Source of the DNA: Mobula birostris
Taxonomy: Eukaryota
Length of the DNA stretch: 64,000 bases
Assembly: GCF_030028105.1 (NCBI RefSeq)
Contig: NC_092374.1
Span: 179,941,487-180,005,486 of the forward strand
Direction of reading: 5' to 3'
In this document: one piece after another, positions 25,570 to 39,900 of the stretch
Position numbering within the stretch: the stretch's first letter is position 1
How the letters are laid out: each line of letters begins with the position of its first letter
Notes under the pieces: generated by a model
Database searches by the model: none
The model's input: the letters and a program-made list of their open reading frames with translations, nothing else
Told to the model about the DNA's origin: nothing
Position numbers and translations under genes: made by a program

Positions 25570-26910
25570 TAGTGCCAGAGGACTGGAAAATTGCGAATGT
25601 CACTCCACTCTTAAGCGAGGAGGGCAGCAGAAAGGAAATTATAGACCAGTTAGCCTGACCTCAGTGGTTGGGAAGATGTTGCAGTCAATTGTTAAGGATG
25701 AGTTTATGGAGTACTTGGTGACATGGAGCAAGATAGGACAAAATCAGCATGGTTTCCTTAAAGGAAAACCTGTTGGAATTCTTTGAGGAGGTTACAAGTA
25801 GGATAGATAAAGGGGATGCAGTGGATGTTGCATATTTGGACTTTCAGAAGGCCTTTGACAAGATGCCACACATGAGGCTGCTTACCAAGTTAAGCTCATG
25901 GGATTACAGGAAAGTTACTGGCATGGCTAGAACATTGGCTGATTTTTAGGAGGCAGCAAGTGGAAATAAAAGGATCCTTTTCTGGTTGGTTGCCAGTGAT
26001 TAGTGGTGTGCTTTAGGGGCCAGTGTTGAGACTGCTTTTTATGCTGTATATCAATGATTTAGATGATGGAATAGATGACTTTGTTGCCAAATTTGCAGAT
26101 GATACAAAGATTGGTGGAGCAGTAGGTAGGCTGTAGAAGGACTTAGACGGACTAGGAGAATGGGCAAGAAGTGGCAGATGAAATACAATGTTCGAAAAAG
26201 TGCAGACTATTTTCCAAAACTCTTGAGATGCAAAGGGATTTGGGAGTCCTTGTGCAGAACACCTTAAAGCTTAACTTGCATGTTTAGTTGGTGGTGAGGA
26301 GGCCAAATGCAATGTTAGCATTCATTTCAAGAGGTCTAGAATACACGAACAGGGATGCTGAGGCTTTATAAGGCACTGGTGAGGCATCACTTTGAGTATT
26401 GTGAACAGTTTTGGGCTCCTCATCTAAGAAAAGATGAGCTGGCATTGGAGAGGGTTCAGAGGAGGTTCACAAAGATGATTCTGGGAATGAAAGGGTTATC
26501 ATACGAGGAACATTTGATAGCTCTGGGTCTGTATTTGCTGGAACTTAGAAGAAAGGGGGGATCTCATTGAAACCTTGCAAATGTTGAAAGGCCTAGACAG
26601 AGAAGGTGTAGAAAGAATGTTTCCCATGGTGGGGGGGGGGGGGGTCTAGGACAAGAGGGCACACTCTCAGGATAGAAGAGTGTCCATTAAAAACAGATGC
26701 AGAGAAATTTCTTTAGCCAGAGGGTCGTGAATTTATGGAATTTGTTACCACAGAGAGCTGTGGGGGGGCAGGTTGTTGGATGTATTTAAGGCAGAGATTG
26801 GTAGGTTCTTGATTGGGCGTGACGTGAAAGGTTGCAAGGAGAAGGCCGGGGAGTGGGATTGAGGAGGGGAGAAAAGGATCAGCCATGATTGCTCCTATGT
26901 CTTACGGCAT
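25570..26910 (+). mobile_element. CR1 LINE ORF2, degenerate
   Basis: NYRPVSLTSVVGK, YLDFQKAFDKMPH, LYKALVR.H.EYC.QFWAPHLRKD. Confidence 0.9.
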
Positions 26911-27379
26911 AAGCCTTTCTTTGTAATCCGTAAATTTGTATCAATGTCTTTTAAACATTAGAATTGTATCCATATCTACATTGTCCTACAGTTTGTTCCA
27001 TCTTCCATCCTCTGTGTGGAATAAGTTGTCCCTAAGGTTTTTTTTTTTAAAATCTCTCTTATATTTGATGTGCCAAAGTTCCCGAGGAGACATTGGGCTT
27101 TGTAGAGAGAGATAGAGAGTTTAAGAGAAGCGAGTGGGAGCTGTCAGCGCATTTTGCACTCCTCAGTTCCCAAGGAGACATTGGATTACATAGAGGGAGA
27201 GAGAGGAAGAGTGTTAAAAGAAGCAAGCAGGGGAAGTCACATATTTTGCATGCCACAGTTTTCGAGAAGGCATTGGTTTACACATAATTAGGCATTTAGC
27301 AGGGTCCAATGAAAAGAAGTTAGGTTTAAGCTGCACAGCCATTGTGTAAGTGGGCCAGTATTAGAGTGGGGAGTTGAGG

Positions 27380-30300
27380 GTTTGGCGAGGAGAGGCATAG
27401 GCCGTAGATGGATTTCTTTTATTGTTATTCTTTCTTTATCTCTTATTGCTCATTTAGAGCAGTGGGGATGCCAGACGGGATAGTGGAGTGGTCTTCTTAC
27501 AGGATGTGAGAAGGCAGGAAGACCTCCAGTATTACTGACGACTACACGTGCAAGAGGTGCATCCAGCTGCAGCCTCTAACAGACTGTGTTAAGGAGTTGG
27601 GACTGTTGTACTCTGGTTCTGGGCGGAGGGATTGATAGGTAGGACATACTGGGAGGTAGTCAGACCCAAAGTGTAGAACACAAGAGCTGGGTGACAGTGA
27701 GAAGGGGGATTGGCAACAAGTGCAGAATACCTGTATGCCTTTTCCCCTCAATAACAGGTGTACTGCTTGGATACAGTTGGCGTGGGTGGGGGGGTGGTGA
27801 TGGAGGATGACCTAGCAGAGGGAGGTTACAGTGACACTGAGTGGCTCAGAAGTTTGCGGGGAGGGGGGAGAGAAGAAGAAGTAGTGAGCTGTAGTGATTG
27901 TGAAGTCATTAATTAGAGGAACAGAAAGGAGGTTACGTGGACAAGAACAGGATTCCTGGATGGTATGTTGCTTCTTGGGTGCCAGGGGTCAGGGGCTTAC
28001 CTGATCGAGTCCACAGCATTCTTAAATGGGAGGCTGAGCAGCCGGAGGTTGTGATCTATGTAGGAACCAATGACTTGGGTAGGATGGGTGATGAGGACCT
28101 GCAAAGTGAGTTGAGGGAGTTGGGTACTTAGTTAAAGGACAGGACCTCCAGGGTTGTGGTTGCAGGGTTGCTACCCGTGCCATGTGCCGCTGAGGCCAGA
28201 AGCAGGAAGATCGTACAGTTTAACATGTGGCTAGGTGATGATGCAAGAGGGGGGGCTTCAGTTTCTTGGATCATTGGGCTCTCTTCCAGGGAAGGTGGGA
28301 CCTGTACAGAAGGGAAGTGTTTCACCTGAGCTGGAGGGGGACTAATATCTTAATGGGAAGGTTTGCTAATGCTGCACAACGTGAGGGTGGGATTTAAACT
28401 AGAGTTACAGGGAGATGGGAAACAGAGCGCCAGAACAGATAGTGTAGTGGTGTGGAGAAAGATATTGTTAAAGCTACAAACAAAGGTTAGGAATCCAAAG
28501 ATAGAGTATGGTAGGATTAATACTCTGAGCTGTGTACATTTCAGTGCAAAGAGTATTGTATGAAAGGCGGATGGGCTTAGAGCATGGATCAGCGCATGGA
28601 GTTATGACATTGTGACCATTAATGAGACTTGGTTCCGGAAGGGGCAGGACTGGTAGCTCAATGTTCCAGGGTTCCATCGTCTTAGGCCAGGTAGAGTGGG
28701 GGGGGGGGGATTAAAGGGGGAGAGGTGGCATTACTGGTTAGGGAAAATGTCATGGCAGTACTCAGACATGACAGACAGGAGAGCTCATCTACTGAGGCTC
28801 TATGGGTAGAAAGGGGGAATAAGAAAGGTATGACCAAGTTAATGGGATTATATTATAGACCACCCGCTGTCCACAGGATTTAGAGGAGCAAATTTGTAGA
28901 GATTATAGACTATTGTGGGAAATACAAGGTTGTGATAGGTGACTTTCACTTTCTACTTATTAACTGGGACTCCCATACAGTAGAAGGACTGGATGGGAAA
29001 GAGGTTTTCACATGTGTTCAGGAAAGTTTCTTAATCAGTACATAAAATCTCAACTACAGAGAGAGTGGGGTACTCAGTCTCCTACTAGGAAATAAGACAG
29101 GGCAGGTAACACAAGCTTGTGTAGGAAAACACTTTGCATCTTGTGATCATGATGCCATTATTTCAAGGTAATTATGAAAAAGGTTGGGTCTGCTCCTCAG
29201 CTTGAGATCCTAAATTGGAGGAAGCTCAATTTTGAAAGGATCTGGCATGTGTGAATTGGGAAAGGTTGTTTTCTGGCAAATGTATACTTGGTAACTGGGA
29301 GGTCTTCCAAAGTGAAATTTTGAGAGTACAGAGGTTATATGTTCCTGTCAGAATAAATGGCAAGGATAACAGATTTAGGGAACCTTGGATTTTGAGGCTC
29401 TGGTTAAGAAAAATAGGAGGTGCATAGCAGGTATTGGCAGACAGGACCAAATGAGGTTCTTGAGTACAGGAAGTGTAAGAGAACACTTAAGAAGGAAATC
29501 AGGAGGTCTAAAAGATACGAAGAAGTTCCTCTAGCAGACGAGATGAAGGAGAATCCTAAGGCTTCTACAAATATATTAAGAGCAAAAGGATACCGAGAGA
29601 CAGAATTGGTCATCTGATAGACCAGAGTGGTAATCTGTGTGTGGAGCCAAAAGAGAAGAGGACATCTAAAATGGATCTTTTGCATCTGTAATTACTTGAG
29701 AGATGGACACGGAGTCTTTCGAAGTGAGGCAATTCAGCAGCGAGTTATGGACCCTATACAGATTACAGAAGTGGAGGGTGTTTGCTGTCATGTGGCAAGT
29801 TAGAGTTGCCTGACAACGTGTTCCCTCCCACTCTGTGGGAGGCAAGTGCAGAAATTGCAAAGGCCCTAGCAGACATATTTAAAACATCCTTTGCCACAGG
29901 AGAGGTGGGGAGGACTGGAGGGTAGCTAATGTTCATCCATTCTTTAAAAAAAGGCTCTAGGAACAAGCCAGGAAATAATAGGTCGGTGAGCCTGACATCA
30001 ATAATGGGAAAGTTATTATAAGGTGTTCTAAGGGACCAGATACTTAATATTTGGATAAACAGGGACTGATTAGAGATAATTAACTTGGCTTTGTGCGTGG
30101 TAGCTTGTGTCTAACCAATGTTTTGAGGAACTTAATGGGAAAGTTGATGAAGGCAAAGCAGTGAAAGTTGACTTCATGGACTTTAGTAGGGCCTTTGACA
30201 AAGTCCCGAGCGGGAGGTTGGTCAAGAACATAGAACACTGTGGGGAGATTTGATGAAGGTATACAACATTATGTGGGGTATAGATCGGGTAAATGTAAGC

Positions 30301-30580
30301 AGGCCTTTTCCACTGAGGTTGGGTGAAACTAGAATTAGAGGTGGTGGGTTAAGAGTGAAAGTTGAAGTGTTTAAAGGTAACTTCTTCACTCAGGGTAATG
30401 AGATTGTGGAATGATTGTGAGCCAGTGCAAATGGTGGTTGTGGGATTGATTGAAACATTGAAGAGAAATTTGGATAGGTACATGAATGTGAGAGGTATGG
30501 AGGGCTATGGTCCAGGTGCAGGTTGACAGGCATGGACTAGATGGGCCAAAGAGCCTGTTTCTGTGCTGTAGTATTCTTTG
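27380..30580 (+). mobile_element. Long decayed CR1 with ORF1 (Zn-knuckle plus SGNH esterase) and ORF2 endonuclease/partial RT
   Basis: DYTCKRCIQLQ, VVIYVGTNDLGR (ORF1); endonuclease remnants (NETW, IGDF, DHDAI); internal deletion near 30230; CR1 3' tail. Confidence 0.85.
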
Positions 30581-31824
30581 TCTGATCTTAAATCTATGTC
30601 CTTTAGTTTTAGCCACCCCTCCCATGCTGGAAACAGGACTCTGATCATCGACCTTATCTACTCCCCTTATCATAAGCTATTGCCAGAAAAAAGATAGTAA
30701 ACCTGTGTTTTCGAACTAAAGGATTCATCCAATATGGTCCAAGAGATTGATTAAGACAGCAAAGATTGTGAAAGCTTCTAAGTATGGAAAGAAAATAGTT
30801 GAGTGAACACATGAAAGGTCCTTATGTGCGGAAGCTGGAGAGTTATACGGGGAACAAAAAAAACACAAACCAGCATTAACTAACACATTAGCCTGCCTTC
30901 AGATTGGAGGATACCAATAACTTTCCAGGAAAGCTGGGAATGAAGAGCTAATAAAAGGAGGAAATGAGCAATGTTATTCAATGTTATGCAGGGAATACTA
31001 ATGGGACTGAAAATCTGTGTCCCAGAGTAGCGAAAGAGGCAATCAAAGTTATTACCACTTGTGTGAGTACATTTATGCACAGGTGCAATGAAAAACTTGC
31101 TTGCAGCAGCATCATTGGCATATAGTATTAGAGAAACAACATTCACGTGAAAAACATTAAACATAATGTATTAAACATAAATTACATATTAAACCCATTT
31201 GGACCAAAAAAAACAATTTTAGTGAAAAGTGATCATAGTGTTAGTATGCTGAGCAGATGATCAGGGTTGTGCAAGTTGGTTCAAGTACTGACTGGCTGAA
31301 GAGAAGCAGCTGTTCTTGAAACTGGTGGCGTGGACTTTCAGGCTTTTGTAACTACTGCCTGATAGTAGCTTTGGTTAGAGCTTGGCCCAGATGGTGAGGA
31401 TCTGTGATGGATGTTGTCTCCTTGAGGTAGCCGCTCCTGTAGATAATTCCAGTGTTTGGGAGGGACGTGCCTGTGAGTTATTCTAACAGACTGCAGCTTC
31501 TAACATCCCTCGGCTTTCAAATTACCATACCAATCAATGTTGTAACCAGTCAGAATATTTTCAACGGTACATCAGTAAAAGATTGTTAGGTGACAAGCTG
31601 AACCTTCTTAGCTCTGCAAGTAGTCCAGGCATTAGTTGTTATATTGAAAAATGTTACAGGTTATGGAAGTATTCCTCAAATTTGGATGGATTTTAAAACT
31701 TGACATCATTGGCTGGGAAAGTGCTTGTGTCATTAAAAAATATTCACTGAGTTAGGCAAGGAATTATGTTCAAAAATCTACAGGAGTTTGTTTTAGGATG
31801 TGAACTGGTATAGTGGGTAAGGGG

Positions 31825-32040
31825 CAACACACACAAAATGCTGGAGGAAATCAGCAGGCCAGACAGCATCTATGGGAAAGAGTACAGTCAATGTTTCGGG
31901 CTCAGACCCTTCAGCAGGACTCGGCCCGTAACACCGACTCTATTCTTTTTTTTTATGGATACTGTCTGGCGTGCTGAGTTGCTCCAGTATTTTGTGCATG
32001 TTGCTTGGATTTCCAGCAACTGCAGATTTTCTCTTGTTTG
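31825..32040. mobile_element. Fold-back Penelope-terminus insertion with 16-bp TSD
   Basis: Inverted arms; flanked by tatagtgggtaagggg (31809-31824) and tgtagtgggtgagggg (32041-32056). Confidence 0.75.
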
Positions 32041-33849
32041 TGTAGTGGGTGAGGGGATGTGGTTATGCTCAATTTGGATTTCGTCTTTGATAAGTTCCCA
32101 AAAAAGAAAATGGTGTGCAGAATCAAATTGTGTGGGATTGTGGAGGGGGGTGGTGAGGTACTTGCATGTATCATTAATTGGTCAACAGATAGGACAACCT
32201 AGGGTGGAGGATGTTCTTGGAATGATAGCAGGTAACTGCAGGGATCATTTCTTGTACAGCAATGAGGGAGGTTGTAGAAAGGTAACAGGAGTTTGAAAGG
32301 TCCAGAATTCTGATGGGGCTGGACAGATTGAGTACAATAAAGCTGATTATTTCAAATCACAATTGCACTGAAGTACGGGAAGAGCAAAAACAGAAGGCAG
32401 AATAAATTGTTGCAGAGGAAGTGCAGTGTGGGCAGACATTAAGGTGTAAGGGCCATGATGTGGTGGACTGTGAGGTTGAGTTCTTCTTTACCATACTAAA
32501 GTTTAATTCAAGAGTCTAATACCAACAAATTTCACGTCATGTCAAGCAGTGATATTAAATCTGATTCTGAACATTGGGATGGAACAAGGGATATAGAGTC
32601 ATAGGGCAAGGAAACAGGTTGTTCAGCCCAGCTAGTTGATGCTGACCATGATGCCCATCCAAGCTAGTCCCATTTACCAGCATTGGGCCCATAACCTTTA
32701 AAACCCTTCCTCTCCATGTACCTGAATAGAAAAAGTTGTGAAGGTTATGGGCCAAATGCTGGCAACATCCTTTAAACGTTGTTCTTGTACCTGCCTCAAC
32801 CACTTCCTCTGGCAGCTCATTCCTCATACATACTACACTGTGTCTAAAAGAAAAAGTTGCCCTTCAAGTCCCTATTAAATCTTTCTCCTCTCACCTTAAG
32901 CCTATGCCCTTGAGTTCTTGATTGCCTAATCCTGGGTATTGGTGCATTAATTCTAATAAGGCCCTTATGATTTGATATGAGGTGAGAATTTGAATGTTAT
33001 TGAAATGGAGGATCAGTCTGTATCAGTCAGACTGTAATGAATGTTGGAACAGGTCTGAAGGACTAAATATCCTGAGACTACTTTGTATGTTTTATTTTTT
33101 GAAGCCATGAATTCAGGATATGGTGTTGGCATAGGCTAGGTGAAGAACTATAGTGCATTTTGTAGTCAGTTCACATGCCGATGGATTAAGGCTGCAGATA
33201 AGACTGCTTTGTACGAGATGGTGTTCAGCTTCTTGAGTGCTGTTAGATTTGTTGGAGCTGTCCTCATTCAGGTAAATGGAAAATTATTCCAGCACATTTG
33301 TAACATGTTCCTAGGTGATGGTGGAACTGCTTTGAGATGTTAGGAGGTGAGTCACTCGCTACAGAACAGCCAGCCTCTGCTCTGCCGTTGTATTTACGCC
33401 GTTGATTTGGTTAAGTTTCGGTGGTAATTCTCAGGGTGTTGCTGGTGGGGGCTGAGCAATAGCAAAGCAATCGAATGAGAAGGGTCTAATCAGAAACAAG
33501 AGAAAATCTGCAGATGCTGGAAATCCAAACAACACACACAGAATGCTGGATGAGTGGAGTCCAGTCCTGATGAAGGGCCTTGGTCCAAAACGTGAACTGT
33601 GCTCTTTTTCATATACTACCTGACCTGCTAAGTTCCTCTAGCATTATATATGTGTTGAACGGGAAGGGTAGTTGGTTGGAGCATACCTTATTTAAGATTT
33701 TAATGCTTGGTAATTCTGTGGTATAGGTGCTTCCTGAATGCTGTCCAGATCCTGCTACACACAGGCATGGACTGCTTCATTTACCGAGGTGGTGAATAGA
33801 ATTCAACATTGTGCAATCTTCAGTGAGATTCAGGTTTTTTTTTTTTTTG

Positions 33850-34480
33850 CCGAGTTCAAGTTTATTGTCAACGTACTTACTCAAGGTATAAATGTAATGA
33901 AAATTTGCTTTTTGCAGCAGTAGCACGGTACATTACGAATATGACAAAAATAAGGTAACAAACTTCAATTTACATAAATTGTCCATAACTTCTGTGACAA
34001 AATATAGATAGAAACATTTAGTGCAAGTTGAGAGAGGGGGAGAGGGGAGAGATGTAATCTGAGGTAGTGTTTGGGTTTTTCAGGTCAGTTCAGGAACTTG
34101 ATGGCATTGGGGAAGAACGTGTTGTTGAACCTTGAGGTTTTGGGTCTCTAGGCTCCTGTACCTCCCGCCTAATGGTGGTAATGAGAAGAAGAGCAAGGTC
34201 CAGACGGTAAGGGATCTTAATTATGGAACGGTAATATCTGAGATATATTCTCTTGTAGATATTCTCGATGGGAGAGCCGTACCTGTGATGGAACTGGCTG
34301 AGTCCACTACTCTTTTTAGCCCCGTGCATTAAAGTGCATTAGAGCCTCCATACCAAATAAACCCAGATAGAATGCTTTCCGCTGTACATCTGCAGAAGTT
34401 TGTCAGACTCTTCGGTGACCTGCTGGATCTCCTTAAACGTCTAAGAAAATAAAGATGTTGCTGCACCTTCTTTGTGGTTT
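33850..34480 (-). mobile_element. Rex1/Babar LINE 3' fragment
   Basis: KKVQQHLYFLRRLRR...LTNFCRCTAESILSG...WYG. Confidence 0.8.
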
Positions 34481-34814
34481 TGTCTATCCTATGCTGCTCC
34501 CCCCCCCCCCCCCAATTTCTGACCTTGTGACAGAAGGAAACTAGTAGAGAAAAAATGTTTAGGTTGGACCTTTGCCCCGAGGAACTCCTGGGGTGGGATG
34601 TGTGACCTCCAACAACCACAACAGTCTGCTTTTATATGAGATTGAACTCCAACTGCCATTTCATCGCGTTGCCCATAGAGTTCAGCTTCAAATGGACATC
34701 TTAGGACCACGGTTGATGTCAAGCGCTCTTGCTCTCAAATCACATGATGAGGAAGATAGTGGGGTTCAGAGTTCATCCTTGGTTCAGTAGTCTCATAACT
34801 GTGGGATAGAATGC

Positions 34815-35320
34815 AAACAACAGAAATTCTGCAGATGCTGGAAATTCAAGCAACACACATCAAAGTTGCTGGAGAACACAGCAGGCCAGGCAACATCTCT
34901 AGGAAGAGGTACAGTTGACGTTTCAGGCCGAGACCCTTCGTCAGGACTAACTGAAGGAAGAGCTAGTAAGAAATTTGAGAGGGGGAGGGGGAGATCCAAA
35001 ATGATAGGAGAAGACAGGAGGGGGAGGGATGGAGCCAAGAGCTGGGCAGGTGATTGGCAAAAGAGATATGAGAGGATCATGGGACAGGAGGTCCAGGGAG
35101 AAAGACAGTGGGGGGGGAACCAGAGGATGGGCAAGGGGTATAGTCAGAGGGACAGAGGGAGAAAAAGGAGAGTGAGAGAAAGAATGTGTGTATAAAAATA
35201 AATAACGGATGGGGTACGAGGGGGAGGTGGGGCATTAGTGGAAGTTAGAGAAGTCGATGTTCATGCCATCAGGTTGGAGGCTACCCAGACGGAATATAAG
35301 GTGTTGTTCTTCCAACCTGA
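34815..35320 (-). mobile_element. Penelope-like element 3' fragment (GIY-YIG C-terminus, pyrimidine-rich UTR, hammerhead terminus)
   Basis: Minus strand LRLEEQHLIFRLGSLQPDGMNIDFSNFH*, typical of the PLE endonuclease end. Confidence 0.85.
34911..34950 (-). ncRNA. Minimal type I hammerhead ribozyme motif
   Basis: ttagtc CTGACGA agggtctcggcct GAAAC GTC aactgt; core intact, first stem I pair mismatched. Confidence 0.6.
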
Positions 35321-35730
35321 GTTAGAGTTGGGTAGCCTTTGGTATCTCTGCCCAATGGAAAGGAGGAGAAGAGGGAATGTCTGGGCTGAGTGAAGAGTTT
35401 GATTATGTTGGCTGCTTTCCTGAGGCAGTGGGAAGTGTAGAAAGAGTCCATGGAAGTAAGACTGGTTTGTGTGATTGACCAGTTGCTAGTTTGCATACTC
35501 ACTGGATGTTAAATCATTGGGATTTCTGGAGAGTGGATTATCTGAGTTTTACTGTACTTGGGCATTTTTCCACAATGTTGTGGGTCCGTGAAGTGATGTG
35601 CATGTAAGCATTCACCTTCTTGAGTATCCGTGCCCTGCTGTAAACCCCCCATCTCTCAGTTGCTCTCTCCCACACAACAGCACATATCCAGTGCCTCCGT
35701 TTCTGAATGTGATGCTGTCTTCCTTTACAG

Positions 35731-35988
35731 CATCGACAGTTTCGAGGAGGACGCTGACGCCGACCTCTTCAGCGGCACGGACTCTCCGTCAGGGAGCAGC
35801 AGCAGGCTTCCTGCTGCAGCACACAGAAGAGCTAGAACCCTGCTGGCTAATCACGAGTTGCAGTCAGAGAAAGAGGAGGGAGAATGGGAGCTGGGCAGCA
35901 AGAACCACAAGTTCAAACGCTGTACGTTCAGCAGCAAAGTGTCGGATCAGAGGAATAACGAGATGGAATGGATAGAGTCTTCAAAGGC
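35731..35988 (+). CDS. Tandem-module gene, exon 7 (A3, module degenerate)
   Basis: tcttcctttacag| ... gc|gtgagt; 258 nt, phase 2 to 2; (S)IDSFEEDADADLFSG...WELGSKNHKFKRCTFSSKVSDQRNNEMEWIESSK(A). Confidence 0.8.
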
Positions 35989-36914
35989 GTGAGTAATGTT
36001 GCCTGGTCTTCCCTTTTCCACCTCTCCCTGATGAAATCACCACCAAACACTGAGCTGGTAGAGATCAACTCATTTCGTCACATCAGTATATTGAGGTAAT
36101 ACAAAAGAAAAGCAATGACAGAAAGTTCAGGGCAAGCCTAGGAAAAGATGCAAGGTTATAACGAGATAGATTTTGAGGTCAAGTGTCCATCTTATCATAT
36201 AAGGCGATCGTTCAACAGTCTTATCACCACAGGACAGAAGCTGTTCTTCAGCCTGGTGGTATGTGCTTTCAGCCTTTTACATCCTCTGCTCAGTGGGAGG
36301 GCGGAGACGCTGAGCTCACTGAGTGGAACTTTGCTCACCTGCCCAGGTATACTGCTTGGTCTGATTCTCAGTTCAACCACTACCCTATTTTATGTAGGAT
36401 TTGTTTTATCTAGTGGTTTGCTTTTCTATTGCTCTTCTTAGTTTAATCTCTGGTTTTGTTTACTCCTGCAGATTACTTTCCAGCCCCACATTCCCTCGTG
36501 ACTCCACGCAGTCTGTTTGTGTGCCTCTGAGCTTCAGTCAGTATTCTTCGATGTTTGTCGGTGTGTGACCCCTGTATGCAGTCACGCTATACTTAGTTAT
36601 ATTTTTCATTGACATTTTCAATTTATTTTGGGTCTAGCCAAGGGCAGCATTCATTATCCATCCCTGTGCTGGTAATTAAATACAGCCCAGTAGACAATAA
36701 CTTAAGTAATAACTGAATAGTGGAAATAAACTCAGAGTCACTGCAACATTTCCTCTATTTACTTCTTACTTTCATGACCCTTTTAAGTTCCACAACTTTG
36801 AACGTTAATCTGGACTCCCAGTCCGGGTAAGAGATCTCAATCTGAAACATTGACTGTCCATTTTCCTCCGCAGATACTGCCTGACCTGCCGAGTTCACCC
36901 AGCAGTCTTATTTT

Positions 36915-39900
36915 AGACCGTAAGATATCGGGAGGAGAATTAGGCCATTCAGCCCTTTGAGTCTGCTCTTGTCATTCCATCACAGCTGATCTGTTATCCC
37001 TTTCAACCCCTTTCTCCTGCTTTCTCCCTGTAACCTTTGATGCCCCGACTAATCAACAACCTAGCAGCCTCCACTTTATACTCTGTGACTTGGCCTCCAC
37101 AGCCCCCTGTGGCAATGAATTCCACAGATTCATTACCTACTGGCCAAAGAAATTCCCTCCTCATCTGTGTTCCAAATCGGTATTTCTCTAGTCTGAGGCT
37201 GTACCCTCTGGTGTTAGACTCACCCACTACAGAAAACATCCTCCCTACATCCACTCTATCCAGACTTTTCAATATTCGATAGGTTTTGGTGGGATCAACC
37301 GTCGTTCTTCTGAACTCCAGCGAGTACAGGCCCAGAGGCATCAAACACTCCTCGTAGATTAACCCTTTCATTCCTGTAATAAATCTTGTGAACTTCCTCT
37401 GGACCCTCTCCACTGCCAGTATGCCTTTCAGATAAGGGGTGCAAACCCCAAGTGAGGCCTCACCAGTGCCTTAGAAAGCCTCACAATTACGTCCTTGCTG
37501 TTATATTCTAGTCCTCTCAAAAAGAATGCTAACGTTGCATTTGCCTTTTTACCACTGTATTAATCTACAAGGTAACCTTCAGGGAATCCTGCGCAAGGAT
37601 TCCCAAGTCCCTTTGCACCTCTGATTTTTGAATTTTCTCTGTTTAGAAGATGTTCTACCCCTTTATTCCTTCTACCGAAGTGCATGACCATACACTTCCC
37701 CACACTATATTCCATCCGCCGCTGCTTTGCCCGTTCTCCCAAACGGACTCAGTCCATCTGCAGACTCCCTACTTCCTCAACCCTACTCAACCCTCCTCCT
37801 ATCTTTATATCATCTCTGGACTTTGCCACAAAAAAATCAATTCCATTATCCAAATCATTAATATATGATGTGAAAAAAAGCAGTCACAGTATTGACCTCT
37901 GTAGAACACCACTAGTCATCAGAGGATAACCAGAAAAGGCCCCCTTTATTCCCACTCTGCCTATCTTCTATATATGCTAGTATCTTTACTGTAATACCAT
38001 TGGGCTTTTAGCTTGTTTAGCAGCCTCATGTGCGGCACCTTGTCAAAGGTCTTCTGAAAATACAAGTAAACCACATCCTTTGTGTATCCTGCCTGTTACT
38101 TCCTCCAAGTGCTCCCCCAACCTACATCGGGTATCACCGATATACAAGGAGCCACACTGGGAGCACTGAACACAGTAAATCACCCCAACGGACTTACAGG
38201 TGAAGTATCACCTCACCTGGAAGGACTGTTTAGGATCCTGAATGGTAGTGAGGTAGGAGGTGTAGGGACAGGTGTAGCACTTGTTCTGCTTGCAAGGATA
38301 AGTGCCAGGAGGGAGATCAGTGGGGAGGGACAAATGAATAAGGGAGCCACGTAGGGAGCGATCCCTGTGGAAAGCAGAAAGTAGGGAGGAGAGAAAGATG
38401 ATTATGATGATTATGAAGACACGTAGTCCTGTTTTATTGTCATTTAGTAATGCATGCATTAAGAAATGATACATTATTTCCTCGGGTGTGATATCACAAA
38501 ACACAGGACAAACCAAGACTGAAAAAACTGACAAAACCACATAATTATAACATATAGTTACAAACAGTGTAACAATACCATAACTTGATGAAGAAGTCCG
38601 TGAGCATAGTAAAGTTCAAAGTTTCTCAAATGTCCCACATCTCATGCAGACGGGAGAAGGAAGAAAAACTCCCTGCCAGACCCGACCATGATCCGACTCT
38701 GAGTCATCCAAAAACTTCGAGCTCTGATCAGCTCTCCAACACCGAGTACTGAGCGCCATCACTATCCGAACGATTTGACCTCCTTCTCGGTCACCAAAAG
38801 CAGGCAAGGCCGGGGATTTTGAGGCCTACCCTCCAAAAGATTCACGACCATACAGTAACGACAGCAGCGAATGGGCGTTTCAGAAATTTCTCCAGATGTT
38901 CCTCTGTGCTTTCACGTCCATTCTCCATCAAATCAGAATTGTCCACGGCCCCTATTAAGATGTGCTTGGTGGTGGGATCCCGTTAGAGGTGGTGGAAGTT
39001 TCGGAGAATTATGTGCTGGACGTGGGGGTTGGTGGGGGGTAGGTGAGGACAAGACGAACCCTAACCCTGGTAGGGTGGTGGGAAGATGAGGCCACCATCA
39101 ATGCTCCCCTCAACCACACACCATCAACACTGCTCTCAAACGCATCTCTTTCATTTCATGCACGTCTGCTCTTACCCCATCTGCCTGCCACCCTACCAGG
39201 GACAGGGTTCCTCTTATCCTCACCTTCCACCCCACCAGCCTCCACGTCCAGCACATAATTCTCCGAAATTCCGCCACCTCCAATGGGATCCCACCACTAC
39301 ACTTCCTGCTTTCCGTAGGGATCGCTCCCTACGTGACTCCCTTGTCCATTGGGCCCTCCGTACAGATCTCACTCTGACCACTTCACTGAGCATCTATGCT
39401 CTGACTGCCAGAACAAGCAAGATCACCCAGTGGCTGTCCATTTCAAGTCCACTTCCCATTCCCATTCCGATATATCCATTCATGGCCTCCTCCACTACCG
39501 TGAAGAAGCCACACTTAAGGTTGGAGAAACAACATCTTGTATTTCGTTTGAGTAGCCTCCAAGCTGATGGTATGAACATTGATTTCTCAAACTTCCAGCG
39601 ATACCCCCACCCCCCTTCACCATTTACCACCTCCTTTTCTGTCTCTCACCTTATCTCCTTGTCTGCCCATCGCCTCCCTCTGGTGCTCCTCCCCCTTTTC
39701 CTTTCTTCCATGGCCTGTCTCTTTCATCAATCAACTTCCAAGCTCTTCACTTCATCCCTCCCCCTTCAGGTTTTACCTATCACCTTGTGTTTCTCCCACC
39801 CCTCCCCCACCTCAATCTACTCCTCAGCTTTTTTTCTCCAGTCCTGCTGAAAGGTTTTGGCCGGAAACGTCAATTGTACTTTTTTCCATGTGTGTTGCTC

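Noticed and set aside
36472-36560. Strong-looking acceptor ttactcctgcag as an extra exon
   Set aside because: No convincing donor and no paralogy to the cassette; A3 and B3 join in phase without it.
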